Assembly: GCA_030390025.1 (NCBI GenBank)
Contig: CM059431.1
Span: 134,232,001 to 134,296,000, forward strand
Reading direction: 5' to 3'
Length of the DNA stretch: 64,000 nt
From: Squalus acanthias
Taxonomy: Eukaryota
Position 1 is the stretch's first letter. Every line of letters begins with the position of its first letter. Shown here piece by piece: positions 35,999 through 49,820 of the stretch. The position numbers and the translations under genes were made by a program. A model generated the notes under the pieces. It was given only the letters and a program-made list of their open reading frames with translations, was not told the origin of the DNA and did no database searches.

Positions 35999-38900
35999 GG
36001 CAACATCATCTGAAGTCATGACGCCATATTCTGCATGTACGCCGACAACACCCAGCGCTACCTTACTGCTTCTGTGTTGTCAGGCTGCTTGTTCGACATC
36101 CAGTCCTGGATGAGCTGCAATTTCCTGCAGTTAAACATTGGGAAGACCGAAGCCATTGTCCACAGTCTCCGCCAAACTCAGTTCCCTCGCCACCAGTTCC
36201 ATTCTCACTGGTCACTCTCCGACTGAACCAGACTGCTCTCGCAACCTCAACTTCCGATATAACCCTGAATTGAGCTTCTGACCCCATATCATCTCCATCA
36301 CAAGGACCACCTATTTCCACCTCCATAACATCGTCCGTCTCTGCCCTTGCTTCAGCCCATCTGCTATCAAAATCCTCATCCATGCTTTTATTACCTCCAA
36401 ACTCGATTATTCCAATGCTCTGCTGGCCGGACTCACATCATCCACCCTCTATAAACTTAAGCTCATCCAAAACGCTACTGCCCATATTCTAACTCACTCA
36501 CCCATCTTCTTCTTCTTCTTCTTAGGCAGTCCCTCGGAACCGAGGATGACTTGCTTCCACACTAAAAATGAGTTCTCAGGTGACTGATGAGTCCAATGCG
36601 GGACCTACTGTCTCTGTCACAGGTGGGGCAGACAGTGGTTGAAGGGGCGGGTGGATGGGGTGCTTGGGTTGACGTGCGCTCCTTCCACTGTTTGCGCTTG
36701 CTCCCGGCAAAGAGACTAGAGGTGTTCGGCACCTTCCTGGATGCTTCTCCTCCACTTTGTGTGGTCTTGGGACAGAGATTCCCAGGTGTTGGTGGGGACG
36801 TTGCACTTTTTCCAAGGAGGCTTTGAGGGTGTCCTTGAAGCGTTTCCTCTTCCCACCCGGGGCTCTCTTGCCGTGTCGGAGCTCCGAGTGGAGCGCTTGT
36901 TTTGGGAGTCTCGTATCAGGCATGCGGACGATGTGGCCCGTCCATCGGAGCTGATCGAGCGTAGTCAAAGCTTCGATGCTGGGGATGTTGGCCTGAGCAA
37001 GAACACTGACGTTGGTGCGCCTGTGCTGCCAATCGTCTTGGATCCCCTTGCCATTGGACCAAGACCTTGCTCTGTCAAGCCCTTGTGGTAGCTGGTGTGC
37101 AACGGCCATCCCACGTTAAAAGAATTCACGCACAGGCATCTTCCACCCTTTAAAATGAAGTTCGGGACCTGGAACGTCAAGACCCTCATGGACAACCCCA
37201 ACAGCGACAGACCGGAACGCTGTACTGCTATCGTTGCCCGGGAGCTCAGACATTTCGACACAGACATCGCCGCCCTAAGGGAGACCCAGCGGGCAGGGGA
37301 AGGCCAGCTCAAGGAGCAAGGCGGTGGTTACACCTTCTTCTGGAAAGGCAAACCTGAAGAAGAACGCCGCCCCCATGGGGAAGGCTTCGCCATAAAAAAA
37401 TGAGCTAGTTGAACGTCTCAGAGACTCCCCTTGTGGAATAAACGAATGCCTCATGACTCTACGGCTCACCCTAGCCCGGAACCAGTGTACTACGGTCATC
37501 AGTGCGTACGCCCCAACACTGGAAGCCACAGACGAGACCAAAGAGGAATTCTACTCCAGCCTCGAACAATCCCTGTCCCGAGTCCCAACGGGCGACAAGC
37601 TGATCCTCCTTGGCGACTTTAACTCCAGAGTTGGAAAGGACACAGACCTCTGGGGAGGTGTGATCGGCAGAGAGGGGGTAGGGAAAGCCAATTCCAACGG
37701 TACCCTCCTCCTGACAAAATGCTTAGAACATGGCCTTGTCATAACCAACACCTTGTTCCTTCAGAGAGACAAGTACAAGGCTTCATGCAACACCCTCGCT
37801 CCAAGCACTAGCATCTGCTGGACTACGTCATCATCCGAGGGAGGGATCACAAGGACGTCCGCATCAGCCACGCCATGACAGGAGCGGACGACTGCTGGAC
37901 AGACCACCGCCTAATCCGCTCTGTCATCTCCATCAACGAAGCCCCAAAACAGCGGCGGCAACAGAGCAATCAACGCTGGAGCACTCAAAGACCCTGCTAA
38001 GAAAGCCCTATTCAGCCTGCGCCTCACAACTCCCAGTGATGCAGAGACACAAAGTGTCCACAGCGCCTGGTCTGCACTCAAGGCCTCCATAATCAGCACC
38101 TGTGAAGAGACGCTCGGTCACTCGACCAGGAAACACCAAGACTGGTTCGACGAGAATGACCAGGAGATCCAGGAGCTAATAAGCCGCAAGCGCAAGGCAT
38201 TCCTGATCTGGAAACAGCAACAGAACTCGAGAGCAAGAAAGCAGCTCTACAGACGCCTGAAGGCCGAGGTCCAACAACAAACTCGCGACCTAAAGAACAG
38301 ATGGTGGGTGGAGAAAGTGCAAGAGATCCAACAGCTAGCCGACAACCATGACGTGAGTGGATTCTTTAGCGCAGTCAAGACCACCTACGGCCCAAGCACC
38401 CAAGGTCCTACCCCACTGCAGGCCAAGAACGGAGAGGTACTCATCAAGGACAGAGAGGCAGTCAGTGCCGCTGGAAGAAGCACTTCGAAGATCTCCTTAA
38501 CTGAGACTCTGTCTTCGACGCGAGTGTCCTCAACTCCATCCCGCAGCATGCTACCCGCCACCACCTCAGCACAACCCCAGCCCAGTATGAGGTTAAAAAG
38601 GCCATCCGAACTGAAGAACAAGGCCGCCTCAGGAGCAGATGGAATCCCCGCCGAGGCGCTAAAACATGGCGGAGAAGCACTATTGGCGCGAATACATGAA
38701 CTCATTTCTCTTATTTGGAAGGAGGAGAGCATGCCAGGGGATCTCAGATGCCGTAATCATGACCATCTTCAAGAAAGGGGACAAGTCCGATTGCGGTAAT
38801 TACAGAGAAGTCTCCCTGCTGTCTGCCACAGGGAAAGTCATTACAAGAATCCTCCTCAATCGCCTTCTCCCAGTGGCTGAAGAGCTCCTCCCAGAGTCGC

Positions 38901-40190
38901 AATGCAGTTTCCGTCCACTAAGGGGCACAATGGACATGATCTTCACCGCGCATCAACTACAAGAGAAATGCAGGGAACAGCATCAACCGCTGTAAATGGC
39001 CTTCTTTGACCTCACAAAGGCCTTTGACATTGTCAACCGTGAGGGATTATGGAGTGTCCTCCTCAAATTCGGCTGCCCTCAAAAGTTTGTCACCAACCTC
39101 CACCTGCGTCACGACGACATGCAGTGATCCTGACCAACGGATACACCACAGACCCAATTCACGTACAGACCGGGGTCAAGCAAGGCTGTGTCATCGCACC
39201 AACACTCTTCTCGAACTTCCTGGCTGCAATGCTCCATCTCACCCTCAGTAAGCTCCAGTTGGAGTGGAGCTAATCTACAGAACAAACGGCAAACCGTTCA
39301 ATCTCCGTCGCCTCCAGTCCAGATCGTCCCATCCTCTGTCATCGAATTACAGTATGCAGATGACGCTTGCATCTGCGCACACTCTGAGGTCGAACTCCAA
39401 ACCATCGTCAACACCTTCACCGAAGCGTACGAGAGCATGGGCCTTACACTAAACATCTGTAAGACAAAGGTCCTCTACCAACCTGCCCCCGCCACGCAGT
39501 ACTGCTCCCTGATTGTCAAAATCCATGACGAGGCCTTGGACAACGTGGACCACTTTCCATACCTCGGGAGCCTACTGTCAACAAGGGCAGACGTCGATGA
39601 CGAAGTCCAACACCGCCTTCAGTGTGCCAGTGCAGCCTTCGGTCGCCTGAGGAAGAGAGTGTTTGAAGACCAGGGCCTCAAACCTAGCACCAAGCTCATG
39701 GTCTACAGAGTAGTAGTGATACCCGCCCTCCTGTATGCTTCAGAGACATGGACCATGTACAGCAGGCACCTCAAAGTACTGGAGAGGTACCACTCACCCA
39801 TCACCCCTATACTCACTGACCTACATTGGTTCCCGGTCCAACAATCCCTTAATTTTAAAATTTATATCCTCATGTACAAATCTCTCCATATCTGTAACCT
39901 CCTCCAGCCCTGCAACTCTCCAACTCTGGACTCTTGAGCAACCCCCATTCTCTTGGCCTCACCACCGGCAGCTATGCCTTCAGCCATCTAGGCCCTAAGC
40001 TTTAGATTTCTCTGCTAAAATTCTGTCTCTCCACCTCTCTCTCCTCCTTTAAGACCTGCTGAAAATTTACCTCTGACCAAACTTTTAGTCACTTGTCCTA
40101 ATATCTAGTTTTTTTGGCTCAGTGTTAATTTTAGTACTATTACACTCCTGTGAAGCACCTTGGGACGTTTTCCTACATTAAAGACAATAT
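35999..40190 (+). mobile_element. L2-type remnant (~35999-36506 and 39791-~40190) split by the RTE
   Basis: MYADNTQRYL..SWMSCNFLQLNIGKTEAI and HSPITPILTDLHWFPV are L2 C-terminal motifs. Confidence 0.8.
36507..39790 (-). mobile_element. RTE-clade LINE with 5' inversion: 3' segment on - strand (36507-~37033), 5' segment on + strand (~37034-39790)
   Basis: APE start MKFGTWNVKTL at 37155, AYAPT, GVKQGCVIAP, YADD, QLRWTGHIVRM; (GAA)n tail; 12-bp TSD CACTCACCCATC. Confidence 0.9.
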
Positions 40191-41093
40191 ATTAAATTAT
40201 GTATTTTCATGTCATAGCATCAAAATCCATCAATTTAGCCAAATTATTAGGGCAAAGCCAACCAACTTTCGAGTCTGTTGATTGTCCACTTTGAATCGGA
40301 GCTTTGCCTTTCATCAGTCACAATTTAGACCCGCTGAGATCAGGTTTAAAAACCCCATCGTTTTTTGTAAGATAGAAAGGAAAAACTTGTGTCTTCGGAA
40401 ATATAACATTACACTTATGTTATAATGCAGTGTATGACTTATTTGTATCCATTATAGATACATAGGAGAAACCAATGGGGTAAAATTTTATAATGCAACT
40501 TTCATCACCACTAATCTTCAAATTATGTTTGTGAAAATTAATGCTATGAAAAAGAATGTGTATTTTTTAAATGGTATAATATAAATTATGCTGTTAATAT
40601 GCAAATGACAAGACCTACAAGATAAAAGAGGGTCACATGGACAGATAATTGCAGGAACTCCAACAACCCTTGTCAAGGTGAGACTCAATTGTAATGTCTA
40701 TATGAAACATTAAACAAAACATTTCACTGCCAAAAGCAATACAAATAAGTGATGGAATTTGCTTCAAACATATAACACAGTACCTTCTAAAGAAAATCTA
40801 GATGGTAACAATAAGTTAAATAAAGCTGCATTCATTAATAACTCAACCTTGAAAACACTAATAAATCCTTATATGCCTCAACACTGCTAAAGTGATATAT
40901 AATCTGCATAAATATAACATTTTAAAATATCATACATATAATGTAAATAATTAATTGTGTGAACATCAGAGGTTAGATTTCTAAAATCATTTGCTATGGG
41001 GTTTTGAGATTATTCTTTTTCTGCAGAACCTGGTGTTCTTTAAAGTCAGGGATCAATGGTGATAGAGTTAACTCTGATAGAAAATAACCATAC

Positions 41094-41529
41094 ACAGGCT
41101 CTGGATGGAGCAGGCTTGATGGGACGTTTTCTCCCTCTGAATTTTCTTGCTCCTTTTGCTGGCTCGTCAATTTTGTTTTGAAAGTGCAGCCCGAAATTGA
41201 CAATAGCCCAGAATTTGCAGTGGGTAATGACGGCGAACTGTCAGCGTTCGCTGTCGTTATCCCTTTCAAACTGACCACAACTTCAGGATGTAGCGTATGC
41301 GTATCTAAACATGGAAAACCTGAAGTTGCGGTCAAACATTTTACGCTTCCCCATAGGCTTCACTAATGAAGTCTCCAACATTCAGATTTACATAGAAAAC
41401 AAGGGACTGTCGCGATCTTGGGCAAACTGCCCACTGCTAACGAATTTATCTCGCTGTAAAATTTTAAGTCTTATGCAAGTAGGCACAAGGAGCCTGTTTG
41501 CCCATCGTGAATACTTAATTAGGTAAAAC
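41094..41529 (-). other. Candidate upstream (5' UTR) exon of the DZIP1 gene
   Basis: Unique, relatively CpG-rich block in AT-rich DNA with acceptor ccttcag at 41531-41530 and donor GTATGG at 41093. No transcript support available. Confidence 0.3.
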
Positions 41530-41826
41530 CTGAAGGATATTCTTGCAGGTTAAAAATAAATCTACCGAAAATGGCTACAAGACACAGGTTTCAATTTTAT
41601 TTCACTTTTGAAATCTTGAAAGACTGTTTAAAAATAATTTTGTTCACATTTATATGACTTTTTAAAATTTTGGTCACATGCATAAGACTTTGTAAAAATT
41701 TTCTCCACTTCATTTATATGACTCTCAACTTTTTCAAATGTTTTTCTCCACATGTACTGCAACTGCTTAAAGAGAAAGCTTGTGAGGGAGAAACATGCCT
41801 TTTCCACTCTTTGGCACAATGTTATA

Positions 41827-44800
41827 TAAGAACATAAGAAATAGGAGCAGGAGTAGGCCAATCGGCCCCTCGAGCCTACTCCGCCATTCAATAAGATCAT
41901 GGCTGATCTGATCCTCACCTCAAATCTAAAGAACACAAGAAGTAGGAGCAGGACCCGGCCACTCAGCCCCTGGGCCCGCTACGCCACCCACAGGGCCTCG
42001 ACCGATCCGAACTCAGCCTCATGTCCAATTTCCTGCCCGCTCCCCGTAACCCCTAATTCCCTTTACTTCTAGGAAACTGTCTATTTCTGTTTTAAATTTA
42101 TTTAATGATGTAGCTTCCACAGCTTCCTGGGGCAGCAAATTCCACAGACCTACTACCCTCTGAGTGAAGAAGTTTCTCCTCATCTCAGTTTTGAAAGAGC
42201 AGCCCCTTATTCTAAGATTATGCCCCCTAGTTCTAGTTTCACCCATCCTTGGGAACATCCTTACCGCATCCACCCGATCAAGCCCCTTCACAATCTTATA
42301 TGTTTCAATAAGATCGCCTCTCATTCTTCTGAACTCCAATAAGTAGAGTCCCAATCTACTCAACCTCTCCTCATATGTCCACCCCCTCATCCCCGGGATT
42401 AACCGAGTGAACCTTCTTTGTACTGCCTCGAGAGCAAGTATGTCTTTTCTTAAGTATGGACACCAAAACTGTATGCAGTATTCCAGGTGCGGACTCACCA
42501 ATACCTTATATAACTGCAGCAATACCTCCCTGTTTTTATAATCTATCCCCCTAGCAATGAAAGCCAACATTCCGTTGGCCTTCTTGATCACCTGCTGCAC
42601 CTGCATACTAACTTTTTGATTTTCTTGCACTAGGACCCCCAGATCCCTTTGTACTGCAGTACTTTCCAGTTTCTCGCCATTAAGATAATAACTTGCTCTG
42701 ATTTTTCCTGCCAAAGTGCATAACCTCACATTTTCCAATATTGTATTGCATCTGCCAAATCTCCGCCCACTCACCCAGCCCGTCTATATCCCCTTGTAGG
42801 TTTTTTATGTCCTCCTCACTTTCTACTTTCCCTCCCATCTTTGTATCATCTGCAAACTTTGATATGTTACACTCGGTCCCCTCCTCCAAATCGTTAATAT
42901 AGATTGTAAAGAGTTGGGGACCCAGCACCGACCCCTGCGGAACACCACTGGCTACTGGTTGCCAGTCCGAGAATGAACCATTTATCCCAACTCTCTGCTT
43001 CCTGTTAGATAACCAATCCTCCACCCATGCCAGAATATTACCCCCAATCCAGTGATTTTTTTTATCTTGAGCAATAACCTTTTATGTGGCACCTTGTCGA
43101 ATGCCTTCTGGAAGTCTAAATACACTACGTCCACTGGTTCCCCTTTATCCATCCTGTATGTTATGTCCTCAAAGAACTTAAGAATTTGTCAGACATGACT
43201 TCCCTTTCATAAAGCTATGCTGACTTTGTCCTATTAAATTATGTTTATCTAAATGTTCCGTTACTGTCTCCTTAATAATAGACTCCAAAATTTTACCCAC
43301 CACAGATGTTAGGCTAACTGGTCTATAATTTCCAGCCTTCTGCCTACTACCCTTTTTAAATAAGGGTGTTACATTAGCAGTTTTCCAATCTGCCGGGACC
43401 TTTGCTGAGTCCAGGGAATTTTGGAAAATTATTACCAAAGCATCCACAATCCCTACTGCCACTTCCCTCAAAACCCTAGGATGTAAGCCATCAGGTCCAG
43501 GGGATTTATCCGCCTTGAGTCCCATTATTTTACTGAGTACCAATTCCTTAGTGATTTTAATCATATTTAGCTCCTCCCCACCTAGAGCCCCCTGTTTGTC
43601 CAGTGTTGGGATATTCTTAGTGTCCTCTACCATAAAGACTGAAACAAAATATTTGTTCAGCATTTTTGCCATCTCCATGTTTCCCACCATTAATTTCCCG
43701 GTCTCATCCGCTAAGGGACCTACGTTTGCCTTAGCCACCCTTTTTCTTTTTATATAACTATAGAAACTCTTGCTATCTGTTTTTATATTTTTTGCTAATT
43801 TATTTTCATAATCTATCTTCCCTTTCTTAATCAATCCTTTAGTTACTTTTTGCTGTCTTTTGAAGACTTCCCAATCTTCTATCCTCCCACTAAGTTTGGC
43901 TACCTTATATGTCCTTGTTTTTAGTTGGATACTATCCTTAATTTCTTGACTTAGCCACGGATGGCTGTCATTTCTTTTACACCCTAATTTTCCTCAGTGG
44001 AATATATTTTTTTTGATAGTTGTAAAATAACTCCTTAAATGAACACCACTGCTCATGTACCGTCTTACCCTTTAATCTATTTTCCCAGTCCACTTTAATC
44101 AATTCCGCTCTCATACCATCATAGTCTCCTTTATTCAAGCTCAGTACGCTTGTTTGAGAACCAACCTTCTCACCCTCTAATTGGATATGGAATTCAACCA
44201 TGTTATGGTCACTCATTCCAAGGGGATCCTTAACTAGGACATTATTAATTAATCCTGACTCATTACACAGGACCATGTCCAAGGTTGCTTGCCCCCTTGT
44301 AGGATCAGTTACATACTGCTCAAGAAATCCATCCCTAATACACTTAATAAACTCTTCCTCAAAGCTGCCCTGCCCAATTTGATTTGTCCAGTTAATATGA
44401 TAGTTAAAATCCCCCATAATTATAGCTGTTCCCTTATTACATGCCCCAACTATTTCCTGATTAATACTTCTTCCAGCAGAGTTGCAACTATTAGGAGGCC
44501 TATATACTACTCCCACTAATGTTTTTTTCCCCTTATTATTCCTTATCTCCACCCAAACTGTTTCATTATCCTGATCCTTTGACCCAATATCATTTCTCTG
44601 TATTACAGTGATCCTTCCTTTATTAACATAGCCACCCCACCTCCCCTTCCTTCCTGCCTGTCCTTCCTGATTGTTAAATACCCTGGCATATTTAATTCCC
44701 AGTCGTTGTCACCCTGCAGCCATGTTTCTGTAATGGCCACAAGATCATACCCATACGCAGTTATTTGTACCGTCAACTCATCTATTTTGTTACGAATGCT

Positions 44801-45019
44801 GCATGCATTCAAATAAAGAACTTTTAAATATGTTTTGTGACAATTTATTCCTGCTTTTACCCCCTTTACTACTTTACCTTTATATATTCTGTCCCTTCCT
44901 GACACGCTCTGGTTTTTAATTACCCCACTGCTACTTTGCTCTATTGCCTTCTCCGCTGACATTTTTATTTTTTGCTCTCTTGAAACCTCCCCCCCCACTA
45001 ATTAGTTCAAAGCCCTCTC
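41827..45019 (-). mobile_element. CR1 LINE covering all of ORF2 (frameshifted), truncated at the ORF1 end
   Basis: ORFs 44603, 43977, 43178, 42680, 42019 are colinear with the 983-aa ORF2. Confidence 0.93.
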
Positions 45020-45089
45020 TGTATGCTTTGTGCGTAATGAGAGTCTGACACAGGAGAGAACAAAGAGTCAGGCACCATGCCCGCAGGTT

Positions 45090-48000
45090 GATCAGGAGGA
45101 ACTTTGACCCACCCCAGAGACTGTATAGGAGAGGCTGTCTTTTGAGAGGATATCAGAGGAGTTGTGTGGAAGGTGACTACGCTTCAGTCTCTGATATGTT
45201 AAAGGAGGACCTTCAGCCTCGTTCTAAGATCCACACTGCCTTTACAGGGGCCATGAAGGTAACAACAGCGCTCAAATTTTATGCATGCGGGTCATTTCAG
45301 TCAAACACCATATGCAGACATATGCAACACCACGCAGAGCGCTGCAAGGGCTTGCATTCACCAGGTCACAGATGCCATATTCATCAACTTTGGCTTGTCT
45401 GCAGCACAGCAAAGGGAGAGGTTCATCGCATTCCATAGGATTTCTGGCTTCCCCAAAATACTTGGGGCCATCGATAGAACCCACATGGCATTGAAGGCAC
45501 CAAATGATACACCTGTTACATAAATAAAACAGGAAGGAGTTTCATTTATTAAGTGTGATGATCGTCTGTGATGCCCAACTGCGGATCCTGAATGTAAATG
45601 CACGTTGACTGCCTTTGGCCTCCGGCACCCCCTGTAGATTGCGTCCAGGATCTGGATAGATATTAAGCAACAAGGGCTACCTGCTGAAACAATGGCTGAT
45701 GACACCCTACCACAGGTCCAATAGTGAAGCACAGGAAAGGTACAACCGTGGACACGTGTCCACATGCCAAGTGGTGGCGAGGACAATCGGGGTGCTAAAC
45801 TCACTTCAGGTGCCTGGCCAGGTCAGGGGGCAACTTTGCAGTACTCATCTGTGAAAGTGTCGAGGATTGTGGTGGCCTGTTGCGCATTGCACAACTTTAC
45901 CCTGCGGGAAGGACTGGCCCTTAACCCGGCAGACGAGATTCCTGTGGAAATGGAGGATCCCAACATGGATGTCACTGGGGCCATGCTTCTTGACCGGCCC
46001 ACCCAAGGAAGCCACTGCTGCAGCGGGCAGAACAGCTAGAGAGCAGCCGGTGGATAATACATTTGGACAGTGAGGAGTGTATCAAGATGTCTCTTCCCTC
46101 CCCTTCCCCCAGGAAGAGACACAAAATTGAAAGTAAAAGAGTGAACTTTTATTGTAGCAGCAAATACTCATTGCAAGACTTTTAAGCTAGTTATTTGAGG
46201 TGCATAGTGCAAGACTTTAAATACAAATATAGATAACTAGCGATTTGCTACAATGTAAATAGTTGTAAAGTTAAAATGGTTGATGTTAATAAAAAGATTT
46301 AAACAGTTTAAACTGACTTCAGACTATACAGCAGTATTATAACTGATTTTGTTTCTATCAAATATAAACTTCAATAAATAACACCAACATTTCAAGAATA
46401 GCAAACATCATAAAACAGACATGCCCTCTCGCGTCCCTGCCTCAGGGTCACTGTGACGAAGGTGTGTAAAAGGTGGACTCTGCAAGAAGTGGCACCCTAC
46501 TGCCTTGCCCTTCCCAATGACCTGACTCCCTTCATATGACCTCCGTTCTCTGTTGCCCATCAGTAGGTAATTCGTAGCTGGGTTGCTGCTGCTCAAAGGC
46601 GACAGTAGAAGGTGCATCCAACATCAACGCAGGCACTGGCTTGCGGGCCTACACTGTCTGTGCTGGGTGCCGGCAAGGGGTGGGGGGGTTTATGGGCGTC
46701 ATATGTATGACAGCCGAACCTGTAGTATGTACTCAAATAGTTGTATAAAGGACTGGCTAAGGTGACAAATGAACCTCCATATGGGCAAAAAGATTTAAAC
46801 CTGCCTGATGAATAAGCCAGCTGATCAGAAATGCTCTTTATAGAAAGGTTGAAATGATTACACATGTTATTACTAAGGGCCAACTGATCAATAATGGTCT
46901 GTATTTATGGCCAACTGATTATTTCCAGATTCCTTCATCTCCTGTCTCACGGAGGCAAGAGTCGAGTTGCTTGCTCTGCTGTGAACAAGGTTTGCCTCAC
47001 TCCTTCATTAATTAAGTCCTCTTCCACCTCAGTATCAACATGAGACTGATGTGTTTCCTGGCTTACTGCGGCGCATTACCTGCAACTATTTGTAGGTCCC
47101 TCAGCCCCCGACAGGTCAGACACTTCCTGCCACTTGCCCCGCGGCATCAGCTTGGCAGCTGCCTGCGAGAGGGCAGTCACCTGTGTCTTGCACAAAATCA
47201 GAGTTGCCAGGTGATGGAGAGGCAGTGATCTGCAGTTGAAACATGGTGGCAGGAGTGAAGATGCCACTTCACCTGTCTTCACACCCAGGATCCACCTTCC
47301 TCTTTCTCTAGATGCCACCCCTGATCTTCCTCCTCCACCTCACTTGCCATCTCAACTGGCTCTGCAACCCCTTCCTCAATGCCTTCTCCAGGCCCAGTGT
47401 GAACATCCTCTGCAGCCGCCGACTCACTGCCACTTGGAGCCTATGTATCCAAAGTCAGCTGTCCACCTGTGGGAAGAAAAAAAACCCACATTTACAATGG
47501 TGAAGCATGCTCATCTGGCACATCACAGAAGCTCATATGCTGCACATGCAATCATTTTATCTTCTCCTCAAACCTCACAGCCAGCCATGTTTAAAACATG
47601 CAGTTGGACAAAGCAGCAATGCAACACTCACCTTTCCTTCCTCCAATGTCTGATTGGGCAGCAGACACTGATGCCCACCAGCTGATTGGCCCTTCCTTCC
47701 AGCTCAGTCAACGCCACCACCTGTCAAGAACACTCTCTGGCATTATGTGCCATCTTACTCTACACAGACATGGAAAATAAATTTCAGTTCTTGCTTCATT
47801 GTTGGTTAAAAGTTAGGTGCTTTGGAGACAGGGTATAATTCACAAATTGCAATTTCACTTCTTAAATCTGTGGAGTACAGATTAAAGATCTTTACAAGCA
47901 CTTAGTGAGGCTCATCTCCAATGGCAATTTAATTTTACGACTAGTTGGACTTCACAATGAACGTAGACCACTCCACCCATAAACAAGCACTTCTCCATTT

Positions 48001-48600
48001 TGCATTAGTAACATTAAGAAATGTTACATTTAAAATTTCAAATAACTGTACAAACCTTAGCAAACCACATGAAATCGTTCAGCTTATGACACTGTTCTGC
48101 GCTCCATGGCATGGTGGAGTTAGTACTCTCAACCTGTGCCACCTCCTTCCACACCAACATGCTAACTTTTTGTGATGCTCTACACTTATTGCTCCCGATA
48201 AGGCGCCTACGCCCTGCCTCCACCTCATTGAGGACTGTGTTGAGGTCATCTTCAATGAAGTTGACACCTCTTCCTGTCATCTATCTTTTGCACTGCCATA
48301 TTTTTTCTGTAAGTGCACACCTTTAAATTTTACATTGATCAGCTTTTTACAAACTGCCCATTTAACTTTGCCACTTAATTAAAAGTTTTTATAAAGTTTC
48401 CACTGCAATTACAATTAAGTTAAAGGTAATTTCAAGAGCACTCACCTCAAGTCCAAACTGATTTTGTGGTCATGGCTTACCCTCCTGTCAGTTTTGTGGG
48501 CACATCTTGTTTGGCGCCCCACGTGATGCAAGGTTTGCACTCGCGTTAAACAATGCTCCCGAGCTCCATGGGAGCCAACGCTGTGCTCAACTATGCTGCC
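45090..48600. mobile_element. Old Harbinger remnant: transposase (+, ~45090-46070) and Myb/SANT gene (-, ~48280 downward)
   Basis: FHRISGFPKILGAIDRTHMALKAP, LQYSSVKVSRIVVACCALHNF; RGVNFIEDDLNTVLNEVE..WKEVA..WSAEQCH. TIRs not identified. Confidence 0.75.
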
Positions 48601-48635
48601 TTTTTGACAAAGTTTGACATGAGGATCAAATTAGG

Positions 48636-48998
48636 AAACATAGAAGATAGGAGCAGAAGCAGGCCATTCAGCCCCTCGAGCCTGCTCCGCCATTCAACGA
48701 GATCATGGCTGATCATCCAAATTCAGTACCCTGTCCCTGCTTTCTCCCCATATCCCTTTAGCTTTAAGAAATATTTCTAACTCCTTCTTGAATATATTTA
48801 ATGAATTGGACTCTACTGCCTTCTGTGGTAGAGAATTCCACAGGTTCACCACTCTCTGGGTGAAGAAATTCCTCCTCATCTCAGTCCTAAATGGCTTACC
48901 CCTTATCCTTAGACTGTGACCCCTGGTTCTGGACTCCCCCACCATCGGGAACATCCTTCCTGCATCTAGTCTATCTAGTCCTGTTAGAATTTTATAAG
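48636..48998 (-). mobile_element. CR1 3' fragment
   Basis: YKILTGLDRLDAGRMFP..RTRGHSL..FFTQRVV plus 3' tail. Confidence 0.9.
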
Positions 48999-49613
48999 CT
49001 TGAATTTTTTTTTTTAAAGTCAGCGGTGAATGCCTTTGTTTCACCACTGACCGTAAATTACAAATTATATCGCACAGCAAAGATTTTATTCACTATTGAC
49101 TGTCAACTACATGCATAGTCACTGATTACAAGTTAATAGCCACACCATACATCTATTACAAATTAAGTTCAGACAAAGCAAAAATGATATTTTGAAGGCA
49201 ATTTCATGCAGTTCGACTAGTATGGGGCGTTGGAAACGGCTCCAAATTCGGGTGATATTCTGGTTTTACATTTTTAAATGGAGCTTACAAAAAAGGATGT
49301 TGGAACATTTATTTTGCTTAAAATTTACTTTTACATTGGAGCCCAGCAACAGACAGTTGGTGAACTCAGTTAGAGAGAGGGGCGAGTGATAATCTGTCCA
49401 CTGCCAGAAACAAAGCGCTCGTTTCACCATTTTCACTGTCCTGGTCCTCGGAAACTCCCACATCAACCGCGCCGCGACAACCGTCACCTTCCATTCACTC
49501 GAGGAGCTCGAGTTCGCTGCGAAATTAAAATATAACGCAATCCTGGAACCAAGGAACAGTTAACGCACGCCGGCAGAGAACAAATATATAAACACGACTT
49601 TAATAGAACTTAC

Positions 49614-49820
49614 TGTACGAGCAGCGCTGTTCCGCAAAAGGACATTGTGTATGGAACAGCCACCTCGCCCGGGACAACTCTCAGTCCACACCGCTTCAGC
49701 GGCTGTTCACCAACCGCCCTTCAATCGCTCCTCACTTCCGCACTTATTCCGTTGCTTAGCAACGGAGCTATTTTTCTTCTCTGATTGGTCGGAGAAGGTG
49801 ACTAAATTGTCACCAATCAA
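49614..49820 (-). promoter_or_regulatory. Candidate DZIP1 promoter and first non-coding exon
   Basis: Non-repetitive CpG-enriched patch; X-box GTTGCTTAGCAAC (49751-49763); ETS CACTTCCG (49733-49740); CCAAT boxes at ~49784 (ATTGG) and ~49813; minus-strand donor GTAAGT at 49613-49608. Confidence 0.7.
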
